64,000 nucleotides of DNA from Eukaryota sp. GEM-RC1 (GCA_040285855.1 JAUFOQ010000005.1:1-64000); one strand, 5' to 3'; counted from the stretch's first letter, positions 39,611 to 51,925 are shown. Notes: generated by a model not told the origin, from the letters alone. Program-made: numbers and translations.

Positions 39611-42490
39611 TCAGCTTTTCTTTCTTAACTTATGGGTAATCAAACCCAGGAAAACGATGTATCTGTTCCCGATAATTGTTCTATTACAGTTAGAAACAGA
39701 AGTGACATTGTCATTATTACTGACTGTAGTACCAAACGCTTTTCCAGTGGCTCTTTAGATAATTGGCTTGTGAAGAGTCCTAGAACTATCACTAGCAGTG
39801 ATCATGGTACTGAATTTAGCACACATTCTGAAATTTCCACTGAAGCCGACTTTTCCCATTGGTATAACATATTTTAAGTTTCACAGACTTTTTATTTTTC
39901 ACATGTACACTGGTCAACATATTTATACATGTTTGATCAGAATCCTGACAGTTCTGATCACCAACAGGAAGGTAGTTCCTGTTTTTGGTGAGTCACCTGT
40001 TACTTCTTCTTCATTACCTTGTTTGCTTCTTCTCCTACAGTAACTCCTTCTGGTACTAAACGACGTCAAAGCCCCCTTACGAATCGACCGCTTTCACTAA
40101 ACTTTGCCGAAGACGCTCTGATCTTGCCATACCAGACAAACAACTTATACTGGAATTTTTAAAGAATCTCAAGCCAGACTCTATTTCATCTACACTGAAG
40201 AAGGCAGTCGATTTCAAACAGATCCAGACTCTCCCTTGTATTATTCAAGAAACTATTATATTCTCTTGACTGTACATTTAGAACACTCCTCTAGACTCAA
40301 ATCTTGTCATGCTGTCAGAAAAGATTTCTCACACAAATACAACTTCACTTTCTCTTACACATGCAACGTGATTTAGGAAAGTATATTAGTCCTTTGAAGC
40401 CTGCCAACAAAGTGGCTCGCTTAGAAGACATTAACGACGAAGCCGAAACAGATGTTGGTGATCATGATTCAGATGAGTCACAACATGGCCAAGAATTACC
40501 AATTGTTCCAACTGATGCTAATGAATCTCCAGAAGTAAACATTCCCCCAACTCAAGAACCTCATCCTCTCAATGAAGCTCAGCCTGCTCCAGTTCCAAAG
40601 AAAGAAAGAAAAAGTTTGGACTGGTTTCACTGCTCACCAGAAACGAAACGCACGAATGTGTGCTCAGACTGATAGTAGATCAGTCTGCTTTATTGAAAAG
40701 GTAAGGACAGAGACGGTGACGTGATGTATTGGGTTCATCACTCTAGGGGTTTCGATTTCAATGAATTTTTTAACACAAAGTGGCAAGTTAATGCTCCAAA
40801 TCATAATATTAAAAAGTTCAATTTTGTATCTGCAGAATGATTAAGTTCAATATGTTGCTGATGTTCTTGGTCATTGCTACATCAACAGTTATTTGTTTCC
40901 TGCACTAAATCAGAGAAAAACGGAAACTAGCAAACGAAGAGTAGAGTTGTGTTCATGAATGGTCCTGAAATTACTTTTGTGAGGATTCCTGACGAAGAAG
41001 TTGATGACACATTCATGATGTAGCGAATTGTGTGAATTTAAGGGATTTTAAATTGTGAATACTGGGTAAAAGATTTAAAACCTATTGGGTCGATCCTCTA
41101 CCATTTCTCCTTCCCTCCTTAAATACTTTGCTGACATCATATAGTGTGGTTTGATTATTGTAATAAGTAAGACACTAATGTTTTAAATATTGGTAATTAT
41201 TTTAAAACACAACAATAAGGAACTGAATTTTTGAAGAATATATAAATAAAGAAAATTACTTTCATCATCAAGAGAAAACGGGAATAATTCAAAAAAGGAA
41301 AAAATTGTGTTGAAAAATTAAAAAGCAATACCTCCAAGTAACACGATAAGAACAAAACATTAAAATTAAATGGATCATCATAGAAATTCGTGTTTGGAGA
41401 AAAGACCAAATCACGTCATCAGTAATAATTCAATGAATCAATCAGATTAGATGAAAATCAACACCCCAGACTATAGAATTTCTCTCACTTGGGTCAGAGA
41501 AGTGAGTCAAGATTCCAGAAAAGTCAATTGAAAAGTAGATGGTACAACCAGTGGGTGTTTGAGATGTAAAGGTAGTTAGAAGAATCACGTGAGATTAATC
41601 TGAATGAGAACAAGCATCTCCTTGACCAGGAATGAAGAGGAGGAGAGTTGTTATGGAGCAATGATGACGGTGGATAACAACAGACAAGACAAGAAAGAAC
41701 GGAAAGAACAGAGAGAAAAGGGTATGATAAGAAGAAGTGAGGGCGGACGATACGATCGTTACGCCAAGTGACTTCCCTCACGAGACAGAATCATCAGAAG
41801 TGTGGTGATTGGCTCTTCTATCGATGAAACACTTTTCTTTCTCCGATATCGACCAATTATTACACACAGAAGCAACATGGTAGTGCTAGTGCAACCACGA
41901 GGAAGGAGGAGAAGCAATGCTCCGAAAAGAGTTCATCTCCTACTTGAGATGGAGAGAGAAAAGATGTGTTCATCATTATGAACATGTTTTTTGTCTTTGC
42001 AGCAGAATCAATCACATCTATGCCTCTCATGCAAGTCTTAACTTAGAGCAGAGTAGATCTACGGTGTATTAACAACTCTCAGGTCTTCGCCAATCCTTCT
42101 TCTATGCGTGAGCGTGCTCCTTGCTAGACAAGCTGAATGCAATTCTGTTTCCTTTGATCGCGCATTGTTGCTATCAACGTCTCTCCTCTTAGGTTGTTCA
42201 GAGATTCCGGTCTTAGCTTCCACTTGATTCCATTATCTTTTCATTTGGTGAATGCAAATTCTGCTGATGAGATGTGTTACTTACTAACAGTCGCAGTGTG
42301 TTATTCTGCTGATTTTGGTATGCGCATCATTGACATCATATATATATTATTCTTAAGTTCTGCTTACTCTTCACTTGTTGTATTGTCTATTTCACATTCA
42401 ATAAAGCTGTGGGTTCCAAATTTACCGCACGGTGAGACTTAACTCTCTTCCCCCCACCTGATTTTCCCCCCACCTGATTTTTACTATTGA

Positions 42491-43697
42491 ATGAACACTT
42501 ACTATGACTTTCTTCTTCAGTATCCGGAGCTAGAGTCCCTTCGTGATCGGTTCTCAAACGTAGTTGACATTGACATCATTGACTCTCTGAAATCAGAGAA
42601 AATACACGTGTCATTTGATACTAAGATGAGAGCAACGTTCACTTACTTCTTTCTAGGTGAATCCCTTTCCGAAATAGCTAAGTTTTTTTGGGTACATAGA
42701 ACTACAATAAAACGATGGATTGATGCGGTCTTCGATGCTCGAAACTCACACTTTGTTTCTCGACCTCGTGGTCGGTCTCCCATATTGTCAGAACATGACA
42801 TTGATTTTATTGAACTCGTTCTGGAGCAAACACCTCTGCTTTTTTTTAAGGGAGATACGGTCTTTAGTACGTATTCATTTACATAAGGATGTCTCCGTAT
42901 CAACAATACATCGTGTTTTGGTTCTCAAAAGGAACTTTTCACGAAAGAAGGCTTCCCTTTTAGTGAAAAGAGTCAGAAGAGCTGCTCTTGTCGGTTTTGA
43001 AAACCGTTTCAATCTTCGTTTTGGTCTGGTTTGGCAACAACAGTTGGTTTTTATAGATGAAATCAGTTTTAAGGGTCAACACTGTACAAGAGAGTACGGT
43101 TGGTCTAAGAAGAACTGTCCCATTGTTGCTCAACAACCAAGTTTTCCTGACAAGCAAGTCAGCTTTGTTGTAGCAACGACTGTCAATGGCTATCTGTACT
43201 CAGAAGTCAAAGAAGGCCATTTCTCACGTCTCGATTTTGTCGGCTTTTTATCAAATTTGATTAACTTTAATCTCTTGTCCACAACTGGAGGACCTCGATC
43301 CTGCTTAATTCTTGATGGTTGTCGCATCCATTGCCACGCTAATATTTACGATGCTATGAACTTAGCCAACGTAGATTACTTAATCCTACCTCCTTATGCA
43401 CCTGAAATGAACCCCATTGAAGCGTTTTTTGGTGAGTTGAGGCAGAAAGTAAGAAATCACGCAGTGAATTTCCCTGATGATGTTGGAGTTTCATTAATAC
43501 GTCAGGTCCTAACTGATGAAATGAGTACCTGTTGTCGACGTCGACTCAATCATGCTGGTTATGAACAAGGTAAGCCATATAGATCACCTTATCTCTATAA
43601 TCCAAAGCTGGAAAATAATGAATTTTTGTATTTTGATGCCTTTTTTCTTTCTCTCTTCAACCGATTTCTTATCAATAAAATATTAAATTATATTTGA
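42491..43697 (+). CDS. IS630/Tc1-like transposase (HTH + DDE_3, DD34E)
   Basis: SLSEIAKFFWVHRTTIKRWI; VSVSTIHRVL; LVFIDE; LILDGCRIH; LPPYAPEMNPIEAFF (34 residues between D and E); one extra T in the run at ~42840-42847. Confidence 0.92.
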
Positions 43698-43712
43698 CTA
43701 CCAAATTTTAAA

Positions 43713-44635
43713 TCAATCTATATGACTGTCAGGTGCTTCTTCAGCACTGAATAAGATTTTACGTGCCCTTTCAGACAGAGAAGCTCTGGAAGACAGTCGT
43801 GTACCAATGGTCTCAACGTAGGAAAACACCTCTGCAGTGATTCGGTCAATTTCTTGATCAAGCTTTTCCACAACGGCAGAACGAAACACAATCAGTTGAT
43901 CTTTCACATATCTTGTCGTTTTTGCAGCAACTTCCTGGATGTGCTCTCGTAGTGGATCAAAAGTCGGAGGAGTTTGTACTTCAAAAAGCGAAGCAGATCT
44001 ATTGGCACAACAGATGATGTAGCTTTTTTCTTATTAACAAGATCAGCCCACATATCCCAGTATCCATCTCGGGCTTTGTAGTTCTTATGAATATCTTTCA
44101 GATCATCGGCAGTGAGACGTTGGTTTTGTTGACGGGTATCGGCTAACAGTTTAGCTTTAAACACGTTCTGAGAAACTGAAACTGTAATAAAGACTTGAAA
44201 ACCAGGTAAATCTGGTTTGGCCAGAGCACTCTTATGATATAAAAGTGCTCTATGAGCAGATATTTCCTCATAAGTGTGTTTGCCACCGTTGTTGGAAATC
44301 ACAAGTTTCAGGCTTGCTGGATAAAGAAACAGTTCTTGAATTTTCACTTGATTCAAGAAATGCTGGAAAAAGAGTACAGTCAAAGCTTCACCCACAAGAT
44401 CATCATGGTTAGAATAGTAGATCTGCAGATTTTCTTTAAAGAATGGTTCTCGAGCTCGAAGATGCAGTTTGTACTGTACTCGTACCAACATTGTAAAGCA
44501 GTCTTCAGAACAAGGTTCAAAACCAGGAGAACTTGGAGAGGTAAGGACATCCTCATCTAGATCGTCTAGGGTAAAGTTGGGACAAACATCAACGTCATGC
44601 TGATTGCCCACAGGAGGTGAGAAGTTTACTGACAT
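43713..44635 (-). CDS. Accessory ORF2 of the DD34E element, unknown function (~307 aa)
   Basis: 243-aa and 64-aa ORFs join with one added base in the run at ~43983-43987; convergent with the transposase; helical C-terminus. Confidence 0.7.
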
Positions 44636-46078
44636 GACTTATGTAAGTAGATGAAAGAAAGAAAAGGAAAAGTTGAAACGCAGGCAAACGCAGAAACAAA
44701 CTTTATGGATCAAAACGAAAACAAAAACTAACACTGAGACGAACAGATGGAATTAGGAATCACCGAGACATGTTGGAGGCGATCATCATGCGAGTAAGAT
44801 CCTATAAGCGTGAGATAGACAGTCAGCAATCATAGACTACTCCGTGTCTCCCACAAACATATGCTCTTCGTTTATAATGCTAGAGCTATGATGAGATTGA
44901 ACAAGACACAAGAAATAGAACTATAGTTTGAGTAAGAGAATCAATGTGGAGCTGACAAAAGATCGAAGAGATAGAGATAACTTCGTCACAATGTGTGTCA
45001 TGAACGGAAAGAAGAGGTATGTAAATGGTATTTGGTGAGATGTGGTGTGGGATAGTGCAAATTCATTGAAAACGACAGAGGCAATTGGTTCAGTAATATA
45101 CCCATATAATCTATACAAAAGAAAACTATCAGAACATAAAAACTAGCAGCAGTTAAACATCGACGTTTGATTTGCGTAGTTAGTAGAAGATCTACATAAG
45201 TACAAGCGATCTAGCAGTTCAAAGTACATTTAGAAAACGCGAGATCAGAATCTAACATTGTTGTTGGGGTGAGGTTTCTCTTCCCACAGCGATACGAAGA
45301 GATTGAAACCAGATGATGACGATGAGGGAGATCAAAACCTACTTAGAATGGACAGTCTGATGTCTTAGCACTCGATTCGAATTAGATCTGGCCTTCCTGA
45401 TGATGGTTTTGTGATGATAAATAGGAACGATTTGAAGTTGTGGGACAATACGATACACAGCAAGGCATCTTGGTGAAGAGAGTAAACCGTAGGAAAGAGG
45501 AAGTCATGATGGCTACAACGAAGAGCAGAGACGATGTACATGAAGTTGTTGATGATGCTTTTATACGAAGAACCAGTAAGGACAGACTGATGGCGATCGA
45601 AGAAAGAGTTCAATCCCAAAAACGTTTCTCTATTGCTTTGTAACTTTAAGGGACAAGAGTTTCAGATTAAGGACGCTGTAAGTTACATTTAGTATAGGCT
45701 TGCAAGACTAGACAGACAGAGTTACGATTAACCAGCGGTGATTCAGGAGTGTGACAAACTGTGTGCAACTTGTAACACAATGATTGGGTTTTGTACCATA
45801 AATTTTGACTTATCCTGTACTTTATGGGTGATGTTATACGTGTGCAAAATTTTGTTATACGTGTGCACTTGTTATACATGTGCACTTTTTGTTATCTGTG
45901 TGCATTTGCTTTTCTGTGATGTCTTCCAATAATGAATCTTTTGCTACCGTCTCACAGATAACAAAATTTTGCACACGTATAACAAACCACGTACTTTATG
46001 TCTTAGATTTCTTTCCATATGCTAAATCACATACTGAAAGTGATACATCTTTATAATAAATATCTACTTCTATCTGTT

Positions 46079-48126
46079 CTAAGGAGCTGGACAAGACTTT
46101 AGCTTGTGATCTGCGTCGCCACATTTTCCACAAGGTCTCAAACACTTTGTGGCGTAATGTCCTTCTTGGTTGCAGTTTGAGCATCTAGGTCTTCTACGTT
46201 CCTGTCTTCTACGTACTTGGCTGGCATTATCTTCATTACCTACAACTCTATTTACACCTATACTTTGTCTTGCTAAAACAAAAGGTTGTCTAGAATCATA
46301 AATGATAGTAGACACGTGGGACTTGATCTTTCTTTGCACAACAGGATTACTCGTGTTGGCAGCTTCAGACACAATGTCAAGCATATTCTTCATTCCATCT
46401 TGTGTGTTTGGCATATCTGATACTTGGGGATTAAATCGATTTCCTAGTGATCTAATAGATTGATAGAGTTTCAGCTTTCCAGCGTAACTTGCATTAGAGT
46501 ACTCATCCATTACTGTTTCATACAAAGTTCTTTCTTCTTGATTCACTATTTCTTGACTGGGATTAAGATGCCAGTGACTGTCAAAGTCAGATTTTTCTAA
46601 AACAAAGTCATATCTTAACAATGTCTGAATTTCATGAGAACAAGGGATTCCTAGAGTTGTTCTGTCGACGTGGGTACACTCAACAGCATCAGCAATTCCC
46701 TCAACTTTCTTGTAAATTTTGAAAACCTTGTCTAAAGCCACAGAAGACACTTTTCGTAACACTTATGAAAATAAATCTGTTGTAGACAACACTCTATCAT
46801 TAAAAAATTGATCTCTATCCACTAGAATATTGAAATCTTGGAGTTGAGAGCGGACGTGCACATCAATCTTCTTCGTGGCACCCAGAAGATCTTGCTGAGC
46901 CATACTTTTATATCTTTTCAGGACTGAATGATTTCCTTCAGCTCTGTTGTTGGTAAAGGTACCCAGATGAAGAACGTCTGTTAAGTAGCAGTGAAAAAAC
47001 TTCTCACATTCAGGCATAATGCTGGATCTCAAATATTCAAGAACATTCCGAAATGCCTCATCCTGCTCATATTTAATCCAAAATTGATTTAATAATTGAA
47101 TTGTTCCTAATTCATCATTGCATGATGCAACATTTCTTAAATCAAATAGAAAGTTTGAAAATCTTGCGTAATTTTCGGAAGATCTATGACCTTTGATGTT
47201 GCGTTCTAAATGCCAATAACACAGCAAGTGTTTAGCATTTGGATAGACAGTACAAATGGCATTGGCTAGACTTGCATCCCTATCTCTCATAATGGCAATG
47301 GGATCGATTTGGGTTATAGAGTTGAACTCAGAAAGCGCCCAAACATAACTTTCAATATCTTCTTTCATAATAAAAGCAAACGCAGCCGTAAAGCTCTTCA
47401 AAAAGCAGTCTATGCCAACAATAGCGAATAGTGGAATTCCTAATTGGTTGGTCTTATAGGTTGCGTCCATCAACAATATTGAAGAAAAACGAAGAGTCAT
47501 AATAATAGCTTCTTTATTGACTGCCAGCAAACCGGCCATGGTGTTACCTGACCCCTGAGTTCTTAATTCATAGGCTTCACCAAAAAAATTTAGCAGATAG
47601 TCTAGTCTAGAGCCGTCCACAGATTCTTTCTGCGATTCAATGTAACGCCAATTAGAGAGAATTTTTGCAGTTACAAAAGTAGATTCAAAGTTTTTTCTAG
47701 AGTCTGTGCAGCTTGCTTTGGTGGAAGATCTGCTAGGAGACGAAATGCGGACTTTGCTTCAGGAGAAATACACCTCAAACCGCTGTGAGTGTGGGGATCA
47801 GCAGCCATTGGATGGTTGTGGCAACAATTACGCATTTCAGCCACCCACTTATCAACTTCAGCGCGAAGATAAATGCGGTAAGGGCAACAATTGTAAGTTG
47901 AGTTAAGTCTTCTGGAAGCACCGTCATCAGATCTTGGTTGTGTTGCACGATAACTGAACCGACAGTCCAAATAGCAAGATACTCCCCTTTTGTGTGCTGT
48001 TCGATGAAGTGCAAATCCAATATTCAAGCTCCATCTCTTGAGTTGGTCTTCAAGTAATTCAAAAGTCGCAGCTTCCATAAGATTATCTGGGGGTGTATAA
48101 TCGATTTCATCAACATCTGAAGGCAT
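46079..48126 (-). pseudogene. MULE transposase (FAR1-like N-terminus, DDE, SWIM-like, CCHC knuckle)
   Basis: CPY..HNH; LLMDATYKTN; DRDASL..HLLCYWH; TNNRAEGNHSVLK; LGIPCSH; CSNCNQEGHYATKC. One A-run frameshift (~47692) and an in-frame TAA at 46763-46765. Confidence 0.92.
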
Positions 48127-48190
48127 GAAATTAATCTAAGACATAAAGTACAGGATAAGTCAAAATTTATGGTACATGATAAGTCAAAAC

Positions 48191-48822
48191 CATAGTTCGA
48201 AATGCGTACGGCACGTTCGGTAACGTACTCCATACGCGCACCTGCGGAATACTTGCGGCTTCTTTTTACCGTATTCCAACGTATTCTTCTTCTTAATACT
48301 CTTTTCAGTTAACCATCACCTATTTAATATTATGCGATACTATTGATGAAACCAAATCTACCACTCTTCAATAAGGTAGGCGATTCTGGTGTTTCTGTCT
48401 TTGATTGGCGTAAAGAAATACCAAATCATGCAGGAGTGAAGCTTTCATCCTATTGCGTTTCTTGGTTTTAATGATGCAGTGTACAATCCAATTTCTATCG
48501 ACAGCTGAATTACAATTTGGATTGGTACTGAACGACGAAAACCATCTCGTGAGCCATTTTTTCTCACAAAGATTTGGGTGAACATTTTCTCCATTTCTTG
48601 CCATGATGGTTGTTTTTTTGAAAAAGCTACGTTTGTTCTCGTAATCATAAAACTCATTTACAGCATCACTGTAATGTCTAATGTAATGAACCATATGATA
48701 AAAAAATGCAACACGTGTTTATGTAAGAATACGGTATTCTCGCACGTGTTCTGCCGTACTCCATACGCGCACGTGCGGAATACGTGCGGCAACTGAATAA
48801 CACGTTCGCATTTCGAACTATG
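48191..48822 (-). mobile_element. Non-autonomous hAT derivative, 632 bp
   Basis: Perfect 16-bp TIR CATAGTTCGAAATGCG; 8-bp TSD GTCAAAAC at 48183-48190 and 48823-48830; remnant SAVDRNW..KTKKRNRM..LHDLVFLYAN. Confidence 0.95.
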
Positions 48823-49252
48823 GTCAAAACCCAATGATTGTGTCTTCTAATTGAATCAGTTTTACATTCTTGTACACACCTCAATCACAAATACCACGTT
48901 TCTAAATTTACGTCTTTTATAAATACCAAACAACACAGAAAGACTAAACCTCTTCTTCACAGTCTGAGCTACCATACTTTTCGTCTACGTCTCGTCAAAT
49001 TGGATCGTCTTCATCACTTATGAATTTTTGAAGGTGTTTAATATGAACAAATTAGTTGGAGAGTGATTAATGAAACTCAACTTTAGATTTCGGAGCAAGA
49101 ATAGTGTGAACACAAAACAACACGCTTGTTAAATAAAAAATATCCCGACATGAAATTAAGAACAACAGTTTAGGTGTTGATGATTGAGAAATTACCCTAA
49201 AACAAAGTTTTTCAAACCTGAGTTCCAAAAACAAAGTTTGCGTAAACCACTA

Positions 49253-49817
49253 CACTGGTTTGTCTCATTAGTCTCACTGAGACTTATTTGCAAGGAAGTT
49301 TTCATCATCAATTTTAGAATTAGTCTCACTGAGACTGTTTATCTGATGAGACTAATTTCAAGACTACTTTACCATTGCTTATTCCTATTTGTTACGAAAA
49401 CCTATTGATCATTGATACTATTAGTCCAATTAAAACACTCAGAAGATTTTGCATTACATTCTTCAAAAACAGGGTACATTTGAGTGATGTTTAATTGCTA
49501 AAACTGAGTCCACGTCTAACTACAGCTTATCTACTCCGTAATACCATCAGAATCCCAATTATTTTCGTCGAAAATACTAACAGCAGGGGTGTGAGGTCGA
49601 GGGATGCGTGCTTAAACGAAACCAAACGCTGCAACGATCGTTCATGAAGAGACATGAGCTTAGTCCTCAAAGCTAGGTCATGGGAAAAACAAACAGTAAT
49701 AGAAATATACACAGAGTGTATTTGGATTATAGTCTCACTGATAAAATTCAAAGGTCAATTTTAGAATTAGTCTCACTGAGACTAATTAGCTGATGAGACT
49801 AATTAGACAAACCAGTG
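49253..49817. mobile_element. MITE with TA TSD (Tc1/mariner-type), 565 bp
   Basis: 24-bp TIR CACTGGTTTGTCT(C/A)ATTAGTCTCA flanked by TA; internal AGTCTCACTGAGACT palindromes. Confidence 0.9.
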
Positions 49818-49822
49818 TACTA

Positions 49823-50404
49823 CAGTCAACTACCGAATAGAGCCCCTACCGAATAGAGCCGCAATTGACAGGGGCTCTAAATTGGAGCCCTACCGAATAG
49901 ACCCCGTTTCTGAAAATACATTGTAGCTTATTATTTGACATATTGATGTAAAACATTAACAAAAATCATTATTTACTATTTCATATTATCTGAATACAAA
50001 TGAGCGTAAGTTCAGCAATGTCTCACACCAGCATTAATTTCCCACTCTCTTCAAAGTTGCTTCTTGGGTACTTTGAATCAGCTCCATATTGCCCAAAACT
50101 CTGTATATAGTCATACTATTCAACGTCGGAATTTCGGCAGACAAGGTGTTGGAAAACATCCTGAAGTTAAAGTATTACTACCCTTGGAATTGATTGAGGA
50201 AGATATTGTTGCATAATATTAGTAGATCAGTTTATTCACTACTAAAATGAGACCCTTTTTACTCTTTTCCGTACATATTATCATAAAAAAACTACCGAAT
50301 AGAGCCATATGAGGGAGGGGCTCTAGATTAGAGCCCAACTGATTAGAGCCCTACCGAATAGAGCCCCTATATAATTTTTCGGGGCTCTATTCGGTAGTTG
50401 ACTG
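49823..50404. mobile_element. MITE with TA TSD (pogo/Tc1-type), 582 bp
   Basis: Perfect 23-bp TIR CAGTCAACTACCGAATAGAGCCC flanked by TA; subterminal CTACCGAATAGAGCC repeats. Confidence 0.93.
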
Positions 50405-50449
50405 TACTACTACATGTAGTAGTAGCACATATTTACCTTTTTCTTTGAC

Positions 50450-51925
50450 ATGCGATTACATCTTCTTCTGGCGATTTCCTTATTATTTGCTGTTGGCTTT
50501 GCTAAGTTCCAGTACTTAGACACAATCTTGTCAGCGTCATCTTCATCTGAAGTTCCTGATAGTCGATATATATCTCTTCCAAACTGGTTCACTCAACGTC
50601 TCGACCATTTCAATGATCTTGATAAACGTGTTTGGGCACAACGTTACTATATGAATCAGCGTTTCTGGGATGGAAAAGGACCAATCTTTATGTACATTGG
50701 TGGAGAAGGTTTGTTAATCTTCCCCAACTAACAGTAGGTACTCTATCAGGTCCTCCAGGTGATGATTCTTTTGTAGGATCTTTGGCCAAGGAACACAATG
50801 GTCTTATTGTTGCTCTTGAACATCGATTCTATGGCATGTCTCAACCTTTCATCAATGAGAAACGAGCCTTACGCCGAGAGAACCTTGAATACCTCAACTC
50901 TAGACAGGCCTTGGGTGATCTTGCCCACTTCCTTTCCTCTGTCAAGACCAACCTCACTAAGTCCACTGGTCACCACCACAAGGTTATCTCAGTTGGTGGT
51001 TCTTATCCCGGAGCTCTCTCTTCCCACTTCCGTCTCAAGTATCCTCATCTCGTTGACTTTGCCATCTCTTCCTCTGGTGTCGTCCGTTCCCTCGCAAACT
51101 TCCCTGAGTTCGATGCTTCCATCGCCAAGGCTGTGGGTACTGTCTGTGCTGAACAACTCCGTAAGGTTACCCATCTCTTTGAAGAGAAGATGAAGACAAA
51201 GAAAGGAATCCAAGAATGTAAGGATGTTTTCAAGTTGGATTCTGGATATAGAGATGACGATATCTGGTTCCTTCTAGCTGACTCTCAAATCATCCCCACT
51301 CAGTACGGTCAAAAACATAGACTCTGCAAGATTCTTGGTACTCTTGATGGTGATGATCTCTTCAAAGCTTATAAGAAGTATGCTAGAGACATTTTCATGG
51401 GAGAGCATGAACCAAATGGTCTTGGGGAGTATGATACTCGTCACTTAGCCAAGGAGGAATTTGTACCAGACCTTTCTAATAGTAGATGCTGGTACTGGCA
51501 GAGTTGTAATGAGCTTGGTTGGTTACAATCAGCCCCTTCTAAAAAATCCAATCAGATCTTCAAGAATGACTTTTGATTGGTGGAAGAAGTATTGCCAACG
51601 TGCCTACTTTGGAGGTAAGAACGTACCTCTTGCTGATAATGATGATTATATCAACTCAGTATTTGGAGGTGATCTGCCATCAGTTTCCAATGTTATCTAT
51701 GTTAATCATCAGGATGATCCTTGGAAAGAAGTTTCTATTAGGAATTATGACCGTGAAGATCATTCAGATATTGGTGAAACCAATCATCGACTTTATTCCA
51801 CGTGTAAGCTCACCGAAGGTTGTGGTCATTGTTATGAATTAAGAGGAGATAAAGACACTGATACAGAAGATATTCGTAGAGTTCGTGATGAAATTCGAGT
51901 TATTGTTAGAGGATGGTTGAACTAA
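50450..51925 (+). CDS. Peptidase family S28 (serine carboxypeptidase-like), secreted or lysosomal
   Basis: Signal peptide; WFTQRLDHF; GPIFMYIGGEG; LEHRFYG.SQP; QALGDLA; GGSYPG; WYWQSCNELGW; DDPW; GHC. Intron 50709-50737; one extra A at 51541-51546. Confidence 0.95.
50709..50737 (+). other. Spliceosomal intron, 29 nt
   Basis: GTTTGT...ACTAACAGTAG; removal joins GGE-G|GT-TL exactly in frame between the ORFs at 50450 and 50632. Confidence 0.9.

Larger units (their letters stand above)
42407..45078 (+). mobile_element. Two-ORF IS630/Tc1-type DD34E transposon (2672 bp)
   Basis: Empty site CAATAAAGGCAATTGG in copy 1 (~9194-9209) versus filled CAATAAAG[CTGT...ACAG]AGGCAATTGG; ends CTGTGGGTTCCAA / CTGTCGTTTTCAA. 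Confidence 0.88.
40339..45665 (+). repeat. Segmental repeat copy 2 (interrupted by the DD34E element)
   Basis: Direct homolog of 4654-9792; lacks the hAT and has a 2672-bp insertion that copy 1 lacks. Confidence 0.92.
45738..48888 (-). mobile_element. Mutator/FAR1-like transposon with its right TIR split by a hAT derivative
   Basis: Inverted repeats ~45792-45826 / 48142-48176 and ACACAAT.ATTGGGTTTTG / ~48825-48843; outer ends approximate and TSD not resolved. Confidence 0.8.

Noticed and set aside
42836..42850. IS630-style programmed frameshift between the HTH and DDE parts
   Set aside because: It needs +1 at an 8-T run whereas IS630 recoding is normally -1; indistinguishable from the other homopolymer errors without short reads.
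43713..44635. Fanzor/TnpB cargo in the IS630-like element
   Set aside because: No RuvC catalytic motifs or C-terminal zinc ribbon visible, and the ORF is short.
46763..46765. In-frame TAA in the MULE transposase as evidence of stop-codon reassignment
   Set aside because: Single case in a decaying element; host genes here end in TAA or TAG, and the long DOCK frames contain no internal TAR codons.
49823..50404. CRISPR-like repeats (CTACCGAATAGAGCC)
   Set aside because: Irregular spacing, confined to MITE subtermini, eukaryotic context and no cas genes.
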